From assembly GCA_035527915.1 (NCBI GenBank), contig DATKZP010000073.1, positions 3,073 through 67,072 of the forward strand: a DNA stretch of 64,000 nt. The letters run 5' to 3'. The notes below the pieces were generated by a model, which was not told where the DNA came from, did no database searches, and saw nothing but the letters and a program-made list of their open reading frames with translations. Within the stretch, counting starts at the first letter, position 1. Each line of letters begins with the position of its first letter. The DNA comes from Methanoregula sp. (GTDB lineage Archaea; Halobacteriota; Methanomicrobia; Methanomicrobiales; Methanospirillaceae). Shown here one piece after another: positions 1 to 10,018 of the stretch. The translations under genes and the position numbers were made by a program.

Positions 1-340
1 CAAGCCCGAGTGCTTCATATACAACGGACTCCTTTCCCTCGCCAATACGTGGGCCGAGTGCGGATATCGTTCCGTTCCGGGTGAGGGTAGAGAGCGCCAG
101 CGTATCGTAACCGCCAAAAACAAGGGCATACCCATCGTAGGGCACGGGATTGAACCGTACCATACCCCATTCGATCAGACGGGCGAGACGGTAGTTGACT
201 TCAGATTCTGAGAGCCTGGTGGCTATTTTGATCTGTTCCAGCGGCACCCACTCGTACCGTTTCATCCCACGTTCAAGCGAGTTGAGGATGGATTTTTCAT
301 ATTTATTCAGCGTGCGGATGCGTTCCGCGGCGATGACCAT
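1..340 (-). CDS. rio2: RIO2-type serine/threonine kinase (N-terminal part; runs off the window start)
   Basis: Hand translation of the minus strand from ATG at 340 gives MVIAAERIRTLNKYEKSILNSLERGMKRYEWVPLEQI...YDGYALVFGGYDTLAL...IGEGKESVVYEALG. This is the Rio2 winged-helix N-terminus followed by the GxGKES P-loop. Not in the ORF track because there is no stop inside the window. Confidence 0.9.
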   Translation of the reverse strand, partial: MVIAAERIRTLNKYEKSILNSLERGMKRYEWVPLEQIKIATRLSESEVNYRLARLIEWGMVRFNPVPYDGYALVFGGYDTLALSTLTRNGTISALGPRIGEGKESVVYEALGL

Positions 341-454
341 AATCGTTAGAGTGGTTATGTGCCAGACTATAAAATCGCATCTTACCTGACATACCTGACC
401 ACTCAACACAACCTTAAACATCTTTTATCGTCCAGATTAGAATGGATTTGGCAA

Positions 455-1351
455 ATGCAGTGCAACAAGTGCAGGAGAGAGGCAATACTTTTTCAGGAGT
501 ACTCCGGGCAGCACCTCTGCAAACAACACGTTGAAGCTGATGTTGAGGTAAAAGCAAAATATGAAATCCGCAGGCACCGCTGGATGATCCCCGGTGATCA
601 TATCGCTGTCGCTCTCTCAGGAGGGAAAAACAGCAGTGCACTCCTGTATTTTTTTAAGAAACTTACCTCGAACCGCCGCGACATCCGTATCTCTGCCATC
701 ACCATCGATGAGGGAATCGCCGGGTTTCGTGACCCGGGATGTGCGATGCGGATTGCCAATGCGCTGGGTATAGAATGTATCCCCGTGTCTTTTTTGGAGG
801 TCTTTGGTATTACCGCAGATGAGTTCGCACACCAAAAAGGTACTGGTCTTTCCTGCACGTATTGTCGCGTGATCAAAAATTCCCTGCTGAACAGGATTGC
901 TGGCGAACACGGAGTAACGAAACTTGCCTTGGGCGAAACTCTGGATGATGGGGCAGTATCGGTACTGAAGAATATACTGCAGGGAGCTCCTGAGCGGCTT
1001 GTTGGTTTTGAACGAACCGGCAGGGGAAAAATTCCCTGGATCCGCCCGTTTATCTCTATTCCTCAAAAAGAAGTGGCACTCTATGCAGATCTTCACCTCA
1101 AAGGGTGTACCCAGTCATGCTGTCCTTACAAAAACGATCCGTTCGAAGGGGAGGTGCAGACGATGCTTAACGATTACACCACCCGTCACCCTGCAACAAA
1201 ATATGCACTTGCCAACCTGAGAAAAAATCTGACCGGGGTATGTGGTTCCATCGCGGATTTGATTCCTTCATGTGCGCAATGCGGGGAACCCACAAACGGG
1301 GAATGCCCAAACTGCCGGATAATTGGCGAGGTGACATCCGGTGGTACTTAA
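455..1351 (+). CDS. TtcA/Ctu1(NcsA)-family PP-loop tRNA thiolation-like protein (TIGR00269-like), with degenerate motifs
   Basis: N-terminal CxxC...C Zn motif (MQCNKC...HLCKQH), PP-loop-like SGGKNS, CTYC, CPY and C-terminal CxxC...CxxC. Start placed at ATG 455 rather than the track's 359. Confidence 0.8.
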   Translation: MQCNKCRREAILFQEYSGQHLCKQHVEADVEVKAKYEIRRHRWMIPGDHIAVALSGGKNSSALLYFFKKLTSNRRDIRISAITIDEGIAGFRDPGCAMRIANALGIECIPVSFLEVFGITADEFAHQKGTGLSCTYCRVIKNSLLNRIAGEHGVTKLALGETLDDGAVSVLKNILQGAPERLVGFERTGRGKIPWIRPFISIPQKEVALYADLHLKGCTQSCCPYKNDPFEGEVQTMLNDYTTRHPATKYALANLRKNLTGVCGSIADLIPSCAQCGEPTNGECPNCRIIGEVTSGGT

Positions 1352-3047
1352 ACGTGGACGAGCATGGAGGGCAATCCGGAATTCTCCCGGCATACAAATT
1401 TCTATTTATTTCTTCGCGTTTGCGTTACTGATCGGGGTCTATACGTACATATTTCATTTGTATTACCCGGTGCTGGAGAACAAACCCATCTCATGGACCG
1501 AGTCACTACTCTTTGTTGTCGAATCCATGACAACTGTCGGGTATGGATGGTTACTGCCATTCTCAGATGATCTCACACGATTGCTGGCAATCCAGATCAT
1601 GCTGTCCGGTGTTATCATGATCTTCGTTGTTATCCCGCTGCTCCTTGCCCCGTTCCTCACCACCCTGCTTGCTCCCACACCTCCACGAAAAACCCCGCAC
1701 CGTCTGTATGGGCATACCGTCGTTATGGGATATAACGAGCTCACCCGATCTGTTATTGACAGCCTGACTATTTCCGACTATGATATCGTAATAATCGAGC
1801 AGGATAAGGCAGTGGCACTCGAAATCGCCAAGAATTACCGCAAACGGGCGTACGTCATCTGGGGGGATTATACCAATCCGAACACCTGGTCTGGGGCGCA
1901 CCTCGCAAAAGCAAGCTATATTGTCATCTGTAAAGATGAACGACTTACTGCAAATATTGTCCTGAGTATTCGTGAACTGGCACGGGGCAAGATCATCTCC
2001 ATAGTCGACAAACTATCCTTTGACCGTTACTTACGATACGCGGGTGCAGAGTACGTACTCTCGCCGAAACATACGACCGGGAGGATTCTCGCGCGCCATG
2101 CTGTACTCAATATGAGCGGGGATACCATTCCAGAGATTCCCGGGCTTGAGCGGATTAGTGTGAATCCCCAGTACCAGGCAACCAATGAACTCCGGTTGAT
2201 CAATATTCCCGTGATCCCAGGATGTAAGGCCAAAGGTAAGACCCTTAAGGAGCTTCAGCTTTTCGAGCGTTACGGCATCATTGTACTATTTCTCTGGAAA
2301 ACGGGTAATTTCATTTCCCATCCACAGGATGATGATATTATAGACCACACCACTTCGCTATTCCTCTTTGGAGCGGCGGATGCAATTGTTTCAGCAATCC
2401 GCGATGAGTTTTGTGCGGACGGACACAGGAAGGCGCTTGCAGTTATTGCAGGGTTTGGTGATGTGGGTTTAGCGATATACCAGGAACTCCAGTCATCCGG
2501 CATCTCCTGCATCGTGGTTGACTCAAAACGGCATGACGTCAACCAGGTTATCGGCAATGCCGAAGATGAACAAATACTCAAACAGGCGCATATTGAAGAT
2601 GCACAGTTCTGTTTTGTCGCATTGAACAATGACGATGTAAATATTTTCACTACGCTTATGGTACGTAACCTCAACCCGGGTATCCGCATTCACGCACGCG
2701 CCAATGACCCGGCATCGGTGGACAAACTCTACCGTGCAGGTGCAGATTATGTCGCACTGCTCCCCACAATCGGGGGAGAGACTATTGCAAGGATCATCCT
2801 TGCTGATACCGTGACTATCCTCCTTGACCTTCCCAACGGCGACAAAGTTGTTATGAAACATGTTATGAAGACGTATCCTAATACGGTTTCCTGGTTTGGC
2901 AGAAAAACAGGTGTGAGGATCATCGGTATAGAGGGCCCGGACCGTTCCGTTGTTGCTCCTGATACTGATGTGATTCTTGCGGAGGGGGAAGCTGTTATCG
3001 CCGTAGGGAATACCGAACAATTGAAAAAGTTCATCCGTCTACTATAA
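1341..3047 (+). CDS. Potassium channel with 2-TM pore and tandem RCK (TrkA-N/TrkA-C) domains
   Basis: TM-pore-TM with the MTTVGYG selectivity filter, then two Rossmann/TrkA-C pairs (AGFGDVG, ARAND, GADYV). Confidence 0.9.
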   Translation: MVLKRGRAWRAIRNSPGIQISIYFFAFALLIGVYTYIFHLYYPVLENKPISWTESLLFVVESMTTVGYGWLLPFSDDLTRLLAIQIMLSGVIMIFVVIPLLLAPFLTTLLAPTPPRKTPHRLYGHTVVMGYNELTRSVIDSLTISDYDIVIIEQDKAVALEIAKNYRKRAYVIWGDYTNPNTWSGAHLAKASYIVICKDERLTANIVLSIRELARGKIISIVDKLSFDRYLRYAGAEYVLSPKHTTGRILARHAVLNMSGDTIPEIPGLERISVNPQYQATNELRLINIPVIPGCKAKGKTLKELQLFERYGIIVLFLWKTGNFISHPQDDDIIDHTTSLFLFGAADAIVSAIRDEFCADGHRKALAVIAGFGDVGLAIYQELQSSGISCIVVDSKRHDVNQVIGNAEDEQILKQAHIEDAQFCFVALNNDDVNIFTTLMVRNLNPGIRIHARANDPASVDKLYRAGADYVALLPTIGGETIARIILADTVTILLDLPNGDKVVMKHVMKTYPNTVSWFGRKTGVRIIGIEGPDRSVVAPDTDVILAEGEAVIAVGNTEQLKKFIRLL

Positions 3048-3052
3048 ACGGT

Positions 3053-3817
3053 GTGATGTGCATGTCAACAGAACTCGGGTGCTGGATGGGTCAGGTTGAG
3101 CAGATGATCCGATACGCATACTGGACCAGTGGGTGTAAAGGAATTGTCGTTGGACTGAGCGGGGGCGTGGACTCCGCGGTTGCAGCGACATTCTGTTGCC
3201 GGGCAATTGGAGGGGATAAAGTACTTGGACTCTCTCTTCCCTCAAAAGTGAGCAATCCGGCTGATATCAAAGATGCTGCAGCACTCTGCAACCTGATGGA
3301 TATGGAGCACCGGGTAGTAAGCATAGAACCCATGCTTGAAGGGTTTAAAACAATGCCGGAATTTAAGGAATCCCGGTACCTGCTCGGCAACCTGATGGCG
3401 CGGATCCGCATGGCTGTTTTATATTATCACGCCAACCGTGATCATACAATTGTGTGCGGTACCTCCAACCGGAGCGAATATATGCTCGGTTACTGCACAA
3501 AGTCTGGTGATAATGCAGCGGACATCCAGCCGCTGTTGCACCTGTATAAAACTGAGATATACAGTATCGCTCAGGAACTAAGAATACCCGGGTCGATCAT
3601 AAACAAGACACCTTCAGCCGGTTTATGGGAAGGGCAAAGCGATGAAGAAGAGATCGGTCTTTCCTATGAAAAAATCGATGCATCACTCCGGGCACTTGAG
3701 CTGAAGGGCTGGAAGGCTGCAACGCCGATGGAAGAGAAGGTGCTTGGGCTCGTGAGAAAAAGCGAGCACAAAAGACTGCCGGCACTTAACCTTTTAGCAG
3801 TACAGAAAAAACCGTGA
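3053..3817 (+). CDS. nadE: NH3-dependent NAD+ synthetase
   Basis: GLSGGVDSAV PP-loop, NLMARIRM, GTSNRSE, TKSGD, PSAGLWEGQSDEEEIG, SEHKR. Confidence 0.93.
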   Translation: MMCMSTELGCWMGQVEQMIRYAYWTSGCKGIVVGLSGGVDSAVAATFCCRAIGGDKVLGLSLPSKVSNPADIKDAAALCNLMDMEHRVVSIEPMLEGFKTMPEFKESRYLLGNLMARIRMAVLYYHANRDHTIVCGTSNRSEYMLGYCTKSGDNAADIQPLLHLYKTEIYSIAQELRIPGSIINKTPSAGLWEGQSDEEEIGLSYEKIDASLRALELKGWKAATPMEEKVLGLVRKSEHKRLPALNLLAVQKKP

Positions 3818-4493
3818 GAAATTTTTCCGGGTAATTAAGGAAGGAAAGTGCATCCTCGTTGCCGACCAGATCGTAAAGCGGTGCTTTGCAGATCCGGTGT
3901 GTCCCCCTCCCGCAGCTTGACCCGAGATACCGTATGGGCGGCAAAACGGGATAAAAGGGATTTTTTCGCATTGTGCCGGAACTCATCACATAATACACAG
4001 CACCATGATATTTTTCATACTCACCGTACTCACTTTGGAACGCCGTTGAAACAATATTTCCCATGACCAGCGTTGTATCCCGGGAAGGGTTGATAGCAAT
4101 ATGCCCGTAATCGGGCGGGATGATTACAAGATCACCGGCACTCGCAGAGATCATCACTGCATCATCAAGTGTCCGTGACTGGAGGAGGTAGTGTACCTCG
4201 CCTTCAATGACTTCATAGATCTCCGGATAGCCGATCCCTGCCGGGTTTTTTGGGTGATAATGCCCCCTGGTCTTCACCCACTCGCCACAGAGTGTTTGGG
4301 AAGGGATGACCGTAAGATCATACCGCAGGTTGTGGTGGTGCAGCCAGATCCAGTCCGCATCCGACTTTGCCAGATCCCGGTACATATAATAGACGGATCC
4401 GCTGCTCTCACACGAGGGGTCGGCAAGGACTGAACGCATCTCCTCAATCGTCAGAACCGCAGGTTGAGGAAGTTCCCCTTCCCATCCCAGCAT
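3786..4493 (-). CDS. pgiA: Cupin-type archaeal glucose-6-phosphate isomerase
   Basis: YYMYRD, TRGHYH, YPEIYEV and IPPDYGH cupin metal-binding motifs. The 3' end overlaps nadE convergently. Confidence 0.85.
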   Translation of the reverse strand: MLGWEGELPQPAVLTIEEMRSVLADPSCESSGSVYYMYRDLAKSDADWIWLHHHNLRYDLTVIPSQTLCGEWVKTRGHYHPKNPAGIGYPEIYEVIEGEVHYLLQSRTLDDAVMISASAGDLVIIPPDYGHIAINPSRDTTLVMGNIVSTAFQSEYGEYEKYHGAVYYVMSSGTMRKNPFYPVLPPIRYLGSSCGRGTHRICKAPLYDLVGNEDALSFLNYPEKFLTVFSVLLKG

Positions 4494-5782
4494 TACTTCT
4501 TCTTTCGCATTACAAGTACATAATACCCGGCGCTAATGCAAATCAGGGTGATAATCCCTAGTGCGGGAAGGACCTGCATAAATCCGTTCGATGCCGGTTT
4601 TGGTTGAACCTGGACCGGTACGATAATTGTGTCGGAGACCTGACTGTTGTCCAGTGCATCACGGTACCTTACCTCGGTACCAAGGGTATAATCCTTTACC
4701 ACCGCTGCATCATCTGCACTCATCTGGTAACGTGCGGTTGCTGTTTTTCCCGGTTTCAGATCACCAAGGTATGCAGTATCATCAGTGCTTTTAAACGGTT
4801 CAACTACTGAAAGCCGTGCCTGGGCATTGTATGCTATGGAAGTGCCAATGTTCTGGTATTCTACCTGAATCACGCTTTGTGATCCCTGCACAACCTGCAC
4901 CGTTTCCGATGTAATAGTGAAACTGATTTTTCCGCCAACAGGAATTCCCAGCGTGTCAGAAGCCGAAGTAACCACATCCCCGTCACGGTTCTCATACACA
5001 ACGACAATGTCAACCGGGTAGGTCTGTTTTTCCGCATCACTGGAGATCGCTACCTTATATCTGCAGGTAACCGTTCCGTTGTGCAGGAAATCCCCGATAA
5101 AAACGCTGCTGTCAATAGGAATTATCGGACTTGCCCCGTTGCGGATTATCTTCACGGTAGCCTTTCTGCCATCTTCAGATCCGGCATTTTTTATCTTCAG
5201 GTTGAGGTATCCCTCGCTCCCAACATTCAGGTTTTCCGGCACGGCTTCAAGAACTTCGATCTTTACCTGAGGCTTGATTTTTATTGTAATGGGGAAGGTC
5301 TCGGTTATTTGTTGGTAATCAGACTGGAGAATATCACTTGCATCCTGGTCTGATGATGCAAGGTAGGTGTACCGGATCGTAAGAGGGATCTGGTATTCCC
5401 CTTCAGTGGCATTGGACAGGATCCTGGTTGCGATTGCTACCGTAACCATAGCCTGACTTTTAATCTCCCCGACACTCTGCAGATCGTTTTTTACAATTAC
5501 CGGAGCGTTCCCGGCAGAAAGTCCAACCATAACCATCTTTGCTGTTGTGGGAAGATCATCTCTGGCGATGGTCCCGGTCATTACGAATTTCAGACGGTCA
5601 ACACCACTATTTTGTACGATCACGTTTATGGTAGCGTCCTGCCCCGGGGTAAACTCGTTGACACCGGATATTGCTGCCGACATTTGGGGGCTTCCACCCA
5701 GATACGTGGTCACACCCATGACCGGCATGCTGCAGCACAACCACAGCACAAGAAAAACGATTATCAATCTGTAATATTTCAT
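4493..5782 (-). CDS. S-layer domain (COG1361-like) exported protein with C-terminal membrane anchor
   Basis: N-terminal signal peptide, repeated Ig-like beta segments (YLGDLKPGKT, EVRYRDALD), C-terminal TM followed by MRKKK. Its stop overlaps the PGI start (TAATG). Confidence 0.75.
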   Translation of the reverse strand: MKYYRLIIVFLVLWLCCSMPVMGVTTYLGGSPQMSAAISGVNEFTPGQDATINVIVQNSGVDRLKFVMTGTIARDDLPTTAKMVMVGLSAGNAPVIVKNDLQSVGEIKSQAMVTVAIATRILSNATEGEYQIPLTIRYTYLASSDQDASDILQSDYQQITETFPITIKIKPQVKIEVLEAVPENLNVGSEGYLNLKIKNAGSEDGRKATVKIIRNGASPIIPIDSSVFIGDFLHNGTVTCRYKVAISSDAEKQTYPVDIVVVYENRDGDVVTSASDTLGIPVGGKISFTITSETVQVVQGSQSVIQVEYQNIGTSIAYNAQARLSVVEPFKSTDDTAYLGDLKPGKTATARYQMSADDAAVVKDYTLGTEVRYRDALDNSQVSDTIIVPVQVQPKPASNGFMQVLPALGIITLICISAGYYVLVMRKKK

Positions 5783-5847
5783 TATCGATCACTTGTTGTT
5801 ATTGTTATAACAACATTTAATATTGCAGGATATAAAGTGATGTTTCA

Positions 5848-6627
5848 ATGAAATTGCCATCAGAATATCCCGTTCGCATTACTGAATGTCTCAAATCACT
5901 CGGTCTGACAAAATATGAGGCACATGTATACACTGCTCTCATTAAAGTTGCCAGTGCTACGGCAAGCGAAATTCATGAGATTTCCGGTGTTCCACGCGCA
6001 TCGGTATACACGGTAATAGATCAACTTCTGGATAAAGAACTCGTGTCTGTATCCCAGTCTGCACCCAAACGGTTTGCTGCCTATTCTCCCGAAGACGCCA
6101 TTACAAAACTGATGGACCATATCGAAATGGATGCAAAATATGCACGTGATACCTTATCGCTGATATACCGGGAACGGTTGAGCCCGGGACGTGAGAGTGA
6201 GGAGCTGATATGGAATATTTATGGCATTGACACTATCAAAAAAAAACTCACCGATCTCATTTCCAGCGCAAAGAACGGGATCAGAATTATCGCTCACCCC
6301 CAGATTTTATCTCCGGATGTGAAACAGAAACTCACCACTATGGCAGATCATCTGGGTGTTGAAATCATCACACCTGCCTGGACGGGAATTATACCGGAAA
6401 AAATGAACGTGTATGTCTTACAGCATCCCGAAATCCCAAAAGAACTCGATAAGGCAAAGGAGATGATGGCAGGTGGTGTCTGTATCATTGATGGTCGTTG
6501 CGTAATGGTGATCGTGGGAGTGGGTGAAGAGGATGCGGTAGCACTGTTTTCAGAATCCGAAGGATTCGTCCGTTTCTTTGTGCGTTATTATGCCCTGATC
6601 TTTGACTGGGCCAAAAAAACCGGATAA
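5848..6627 (+). CDS. TrmB-family transcriptional regulator
   Basis: LGLTKYEAHVY...ASEIHEISGVPRASVYTV...PKRF TrmB HTH, with a C-terminal effector-binding-like domain (IIDGRCV). Confidence 0.88.
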   Translation: MKLPSEYPVRITECLKSLGLTKYEAHVYTALIKVASATASEIHEISGVPRASVYTVIDQLLDKELVSVSQSAPKRFAAYSPEDAITKLMDHIEMDAKYARDTLSLIYRERLSPGRESEELIWNIYGIDTIKKKLTDLISSAKNGIRIIAHPQILSPDVKQKLTTMADHLGVEIITPAWTGIIPEKMNVYVLQHPEIPKELDKAKEMMAGGVCIIDGRCVMVIVGVGEEDAVALFSESEGFVRFFVRYYALIFDWAKKTG

Positions 6628-6648
6628 AAAAAGAAATTGATTCCTTTT

Positions 6649-7413
6649 TTAAAAATCCCGGATTTCTTCCATCTGCGAAATTTCCATCAGTCCCTTCATT
6701 GCCTGGGTCTGCACCCAGCGACCACCCTCGCGTATTGCAGCCATGGGATTTGTACCGCCAACAGCTGCAATCGCAACGTACTGGGGACTCACTGGTACAC
6801 CAAGGAGAGGAAGATTCGGCATCCCCACTTCAAGAATGCCGGAGAAACTACTGCTGGAGAGTTCATCCAGTACTGTACCAACCTGTGATTCTGCCTCCAT
6901 GTGGAACTCCCTGATATTTGCAAGAATAGCCCCGCTTCCCGTGCGCATCACGCTGGTAATGGAGGTCGTCTTCTGGGAGATGAGCACCTGGAGGGGATCG
7001 ATGGTCGTGTGTTCGTACAGGATGATGTGGGTAAACCGCAGGGGCGTGCGTTTTTCTATCTCGACAATCCCCCCGCCAATGGGGTTGATGGGAATGCCAC
7101 GCCGGATCAGGAGACCATCAAACGTTATGCTGCACAAGGTACAGATACCCGTGCATCCTTTCGGCACAACATACCCGGGCATTTTTTCACCGGAAGGAAG
7201 GAATTTGACCCGTCCGCTCACGGTGACACCGGTTTTATATGCATCTTTAAGTATGGAGATTGCAAAATCGAGGTCTTCGTTTTTTATGACTGATAAGTTA
7301 TAGACGACGTTGCCGTCCCCAGAAACCGGATCAAAAGTCACCTGCATTGCAAAATCTTCAATGCTATCGTTGACAAATTTGAGCGGAATGGTCATTATAG
7401 TAATTTCAGACAT
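6649..7413 (-). CDS. NrpR regulatory-domain (DUF128) protein lacking an HTH, NrpRII-like
   Basis: TLCSITFDGLLIRRGIPINPIGGG, ILANIRE and GGTNPMAA match NrpR regulatory domains. No N-terminal wHTH is present. Confidence 0.8.
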   Translation of the reverse strand: MSEITIMTIPLKFVNDSIEDFAMQVTFDPVSGDGNVVYNLSVIKNEDLDFAISILKDAYKTGVTVSGRVKFLPSGEKMPGYVVPKGCTGICTLCSITFDGLLIRRGIPINPIGGGIVEIEKRTPLRFTHIILYEHTTIDPLQVLISQKTTSITSVMRTGSGAILANIREFHMEAESQVGTVLDELSSSSFSGILEVGMPNLPLLGVPVSPQYVAIAAVGGTNPMAAIREGGRWVQTQAMKGLMEISQMEEIRDF

Positions 7414-7455
7414 CGCAATAGAAAAATTGTTCTATAAGCCCATGGCAATTTATTT

Positions 7456-8424
7456 ATGATGGAACACGATATGCGGGAAAAAGCCAAGAATGCAATGCGA
7501 CTCATTCTTGAGGCAGCCCGTTTTGAGGTCGAAGAGGTGGATGATCCCCTCGACCTTTCTGCGGTACGCGACAACACCTGCCTTCTGGTGCTCTGTTCAA
7601 ACAACAGTGACATTATCGGGCAGTTTGACAAAACCAATTACAGCCTTATGATTGACGATCATGAGATGTCCTGCAAGAAACTTCTCTTTTCTATTGATAA
7701 GGATATTGTAACCGAGAACTGCATCCAATGGGGTGTTGAAGAATTTGTGCGGTTTACGGGTGAAGCAGTGCTCGCCGATATTCTTGACCGCGAACTCGCA
7801 CTGGATCTCGACCAGTTAAGAGGTAAAAAAGCAACTGTTGCATCTGCATCTTCTGAAAAGGACACAAAACAGAAGGAAGAGCCTTCTGGCATCACTCTCC
7901 CGCATTACCCGATAAAAATCACTGAACAGGCAGCAGTTCGAATCGGGGGAGTGCAGGGAACCGCAAAACTCCGGTTCATACCTTATTTCCTTTTCCATTA
8001 TACAAGCACCGGGGAACAGGTCTACAAGGACCGTCGCATTCCGTTTGATGCTGACGGATGGGGTGCAATTAATGCAATCAATGGAATAAGGATCGAACTT
8101 GATGGAAAGCAGGTTGAAGAGAAGGAGATACCCGGAGGTGCTGAAGTCTCTGATCCCCATTTCCAAAAAGAGGAGGCAACGGACCGGATTGTCAACGAGC
8201 TGATCGACCGGCTTACCCAGAAAGTACGTATCAAGCAGGAGAAAGGAGACGCAATCTTCTATGAAGAGAAGATCCTCAAACCTGAAAAGAAAAATATCAT
8301 TGTTGATACCCGGCAGGTCTATATTCCGGTCTGGCAGATCCGGGGCAAGAAGATTGTCGAGATAAACGCTTTTACCGGTGAACTGCTTTCAGAACCGATG
8401 GATGAAGGGGTAGAAATATTCTAA
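7456..8424 (+). CDS. Conserved hypothetical protein (possible inactive restriction-endonuclease-like N-terminal fold)
   Basis: Long ORF with typical codon use, transcribed divergently from the NrpR-domain gene. Contains VYIPVW and two NAxxG motifs. The fold assignment is inference only. Confidence 0.6.
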   Translation: MMEHDMREKAKNAMRLILEAARFEVEEVDDPLDLSAVRDNTCLLVLCSNNSDIIGQFDKTNYSLMIDDHEMSCKKLLFSIDKDIVTENCIQWGVEEFVRFTGEAVLADILDRELALDLDQLRGKKATVASASSEKDTKQKEEPSGITLPHYPIKITEQAAVRIGGVQGTAKLRFIPYFLFHYTSTGEQVYKDRRIPFDADGWGAINAINGIRIELDGKQVEEKEIPGGAEVSDPHFQKEEATDRIVNELIDRLTQKVRIKQEKGDAIFYEEKILKPEKKNIIVDTRQVYIPVWQIRGKKIVEINAFTGELLSEPMDEGVEIF

Positions 8425-8519
8425 GGAGAGGTGTTGCACAGGAAACAAGTATTTTGAAGATCCTGTGCTCCTCTCGTTAAAAGGATAAGAATTTCTCAGT
8501 TTGTGGTAAAGGAAAACCT

Positions 8520-9854
8520 ATGATTGTTGTTCTTGGGGGTGGCCCGGCAGGGAGAATTGCATCGATCCGGCTCGCTTCCGCGGGAAAAGAGGTCAATCTC
8601 ATAGAACGTGGAGGGATTGGGGGCCAATGCCTCCATTTTGGATGTATGCCGGTCTGTGCACTGAATGATGCCGCCCGCATGATTCATTCGGCTCGCACAT
8701 TTCAAAACCTGGGGATTATTGATACTGTTCCTGATATCAATTTTTCAAAAATTTTTTCAGGAATGCATGCGATCCAGGAAAAGATCGCTTCTGTTCTTGA
8801 CACCGAAACCCGATCTGCCGGCGTAAACATTATTTATGGTAAAACCGGCAAACTCGAAGGAAAGAAAGTTTTTGTTGGAGATGAACAGGCAGATGCGGAG
8901 GCAGTCATTGCCGCCACCGGGTCACGACCAAATATTCCTGATCTCAGGGGGATCGATCTCAAGGGCGTGTATACTCCCCATACCATCTTCCAGATGAAAA
9001 AACTCCCCAAAAAACTGGCGATCATTGGAGGGGGAGTGATGTCTGCTGAGTTTGCCTATATTTTCTGCATGTTCGGCAGCGAGGTGACCCTCATCAGCAG
9101 GAGTTCTTTTCTGAAAAATACCGATAAACATCTCCGTGCTCTCGCAATTAAGGAACTTAGCGGGGTGGAGATCCGGGAGGATACCACCGTCCAGTCGTTA
9201 ACCGGGGGATCAGGTATCAACGCGGTTCATGTAAAAGCCGCCGATAAGGATGATGCTGTTGAGGCTGATGCAGTCCTGATCGCCGCAGGGCTTCTTCCAC
9301 GCTCCGAAATGCTGCAGGGAGTAAAAAAAGGGACGTTTGGTGAGGTTATTGTCGATCGCCATATGCAGACAAGTGTCCCGGGGGTCTATGCCTGCGGGGA
9401 TGTCGTTGGTCCCCCGTATCTGACACCCGTTGCCCGTTACCAGGGAATTGTTGCAGCAGATACTATCCTTGGAAAACCCCGCACTATGGATATGCGGTAT
9501 ATCCCGCAGTCGATTAATCTTGCCCATGAACTTGCATTTTGCACACCTGAAACGGAGGGGGCCGCTTCACTTGCGATTCCCGGACCTGCAGGACCAGGAA
9601 CATTCTGGTCTGTCCCATCCGGAGATACCGGGCTAGCCAAGGTTATGGTTGACCCGGATAGCGGGGCACTCAGGGGAATCTGCGCTGCAGGACCTGGCGG
9701 AGGACTCATTGCCGGTTATATGGCATTTCTCATGAGACGCCATTTTTCCGTTCATGATTTTGAGGAGTTTATCGAAGTCCATCCATCGACAGATGGCATC
9801 TATGGGCTTTTGAAATATACATCCGATATGCTGAAGAAGCGTAAAGGAAATTAA
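8520..9854 (+). CDS. Class I pyridine nucleotide-disulfide oxidoreductase (dihydrolipoamide dehydrogenase-like)
   Basis: GGGPAG FAD motif, GGQCLHFGCMP redox disulfide, IIGGGVMSAEFA NAD motif, TSVPGVYACGD, C-terminal HPS. Confidence 0.85.
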   Translation: MIVVLGGGPAGRIASIRLASAGKEVNLIERGGIGGQCLHFGCMPVCALNDAARMIHSARTFQNLGIIDTVPDINFSKIFSGMHAIQEKIASVLDTETRSAGVNIIYGKTGKLEGKKVFVGDEQADAEAVIAATGSRPNIPDLRGIDLKGVYTPHTIFQMKKLPKKLAIIGGGVMSAEFAYIFCMFGSEVTLISRSSFLKNTDKHLRALAIKELSGVEIREDTTVQSLTGGSGINAVHVKAADKDDAVEADAVLIAAGLLPRSEMLQGVKKGTFGEVIVDRHMQTSVPGVYACGDVVGPPYLTPVARYQGIVAADTILGKPRTMDMRYIPQSINLAHELAFCTPETEGAASLAIPGPAGPGTFWSVPSGDTGLAKVMVDPDSGALRGICAAGPGGGLIAGYMAFLMRRHFSVHDFEEFIEVHPSTDGIYGLLKYTSDMLKKRKGN

Positions 9855-10018
9855 CGAGCCTTACGGTTGGTTCCTGCAGCAGGGAATAGTTTTTTTACTG
9901 GTTTTAAAAAAAGGATCAACCACAGGGAACGTTCTTCCGGCGCAAATGCTGATGGTATTATTACGATCGAAATCGAATATTAAAGGTATATCCTCTCATT
10001 ATTAACGGGTGCCTGCCA

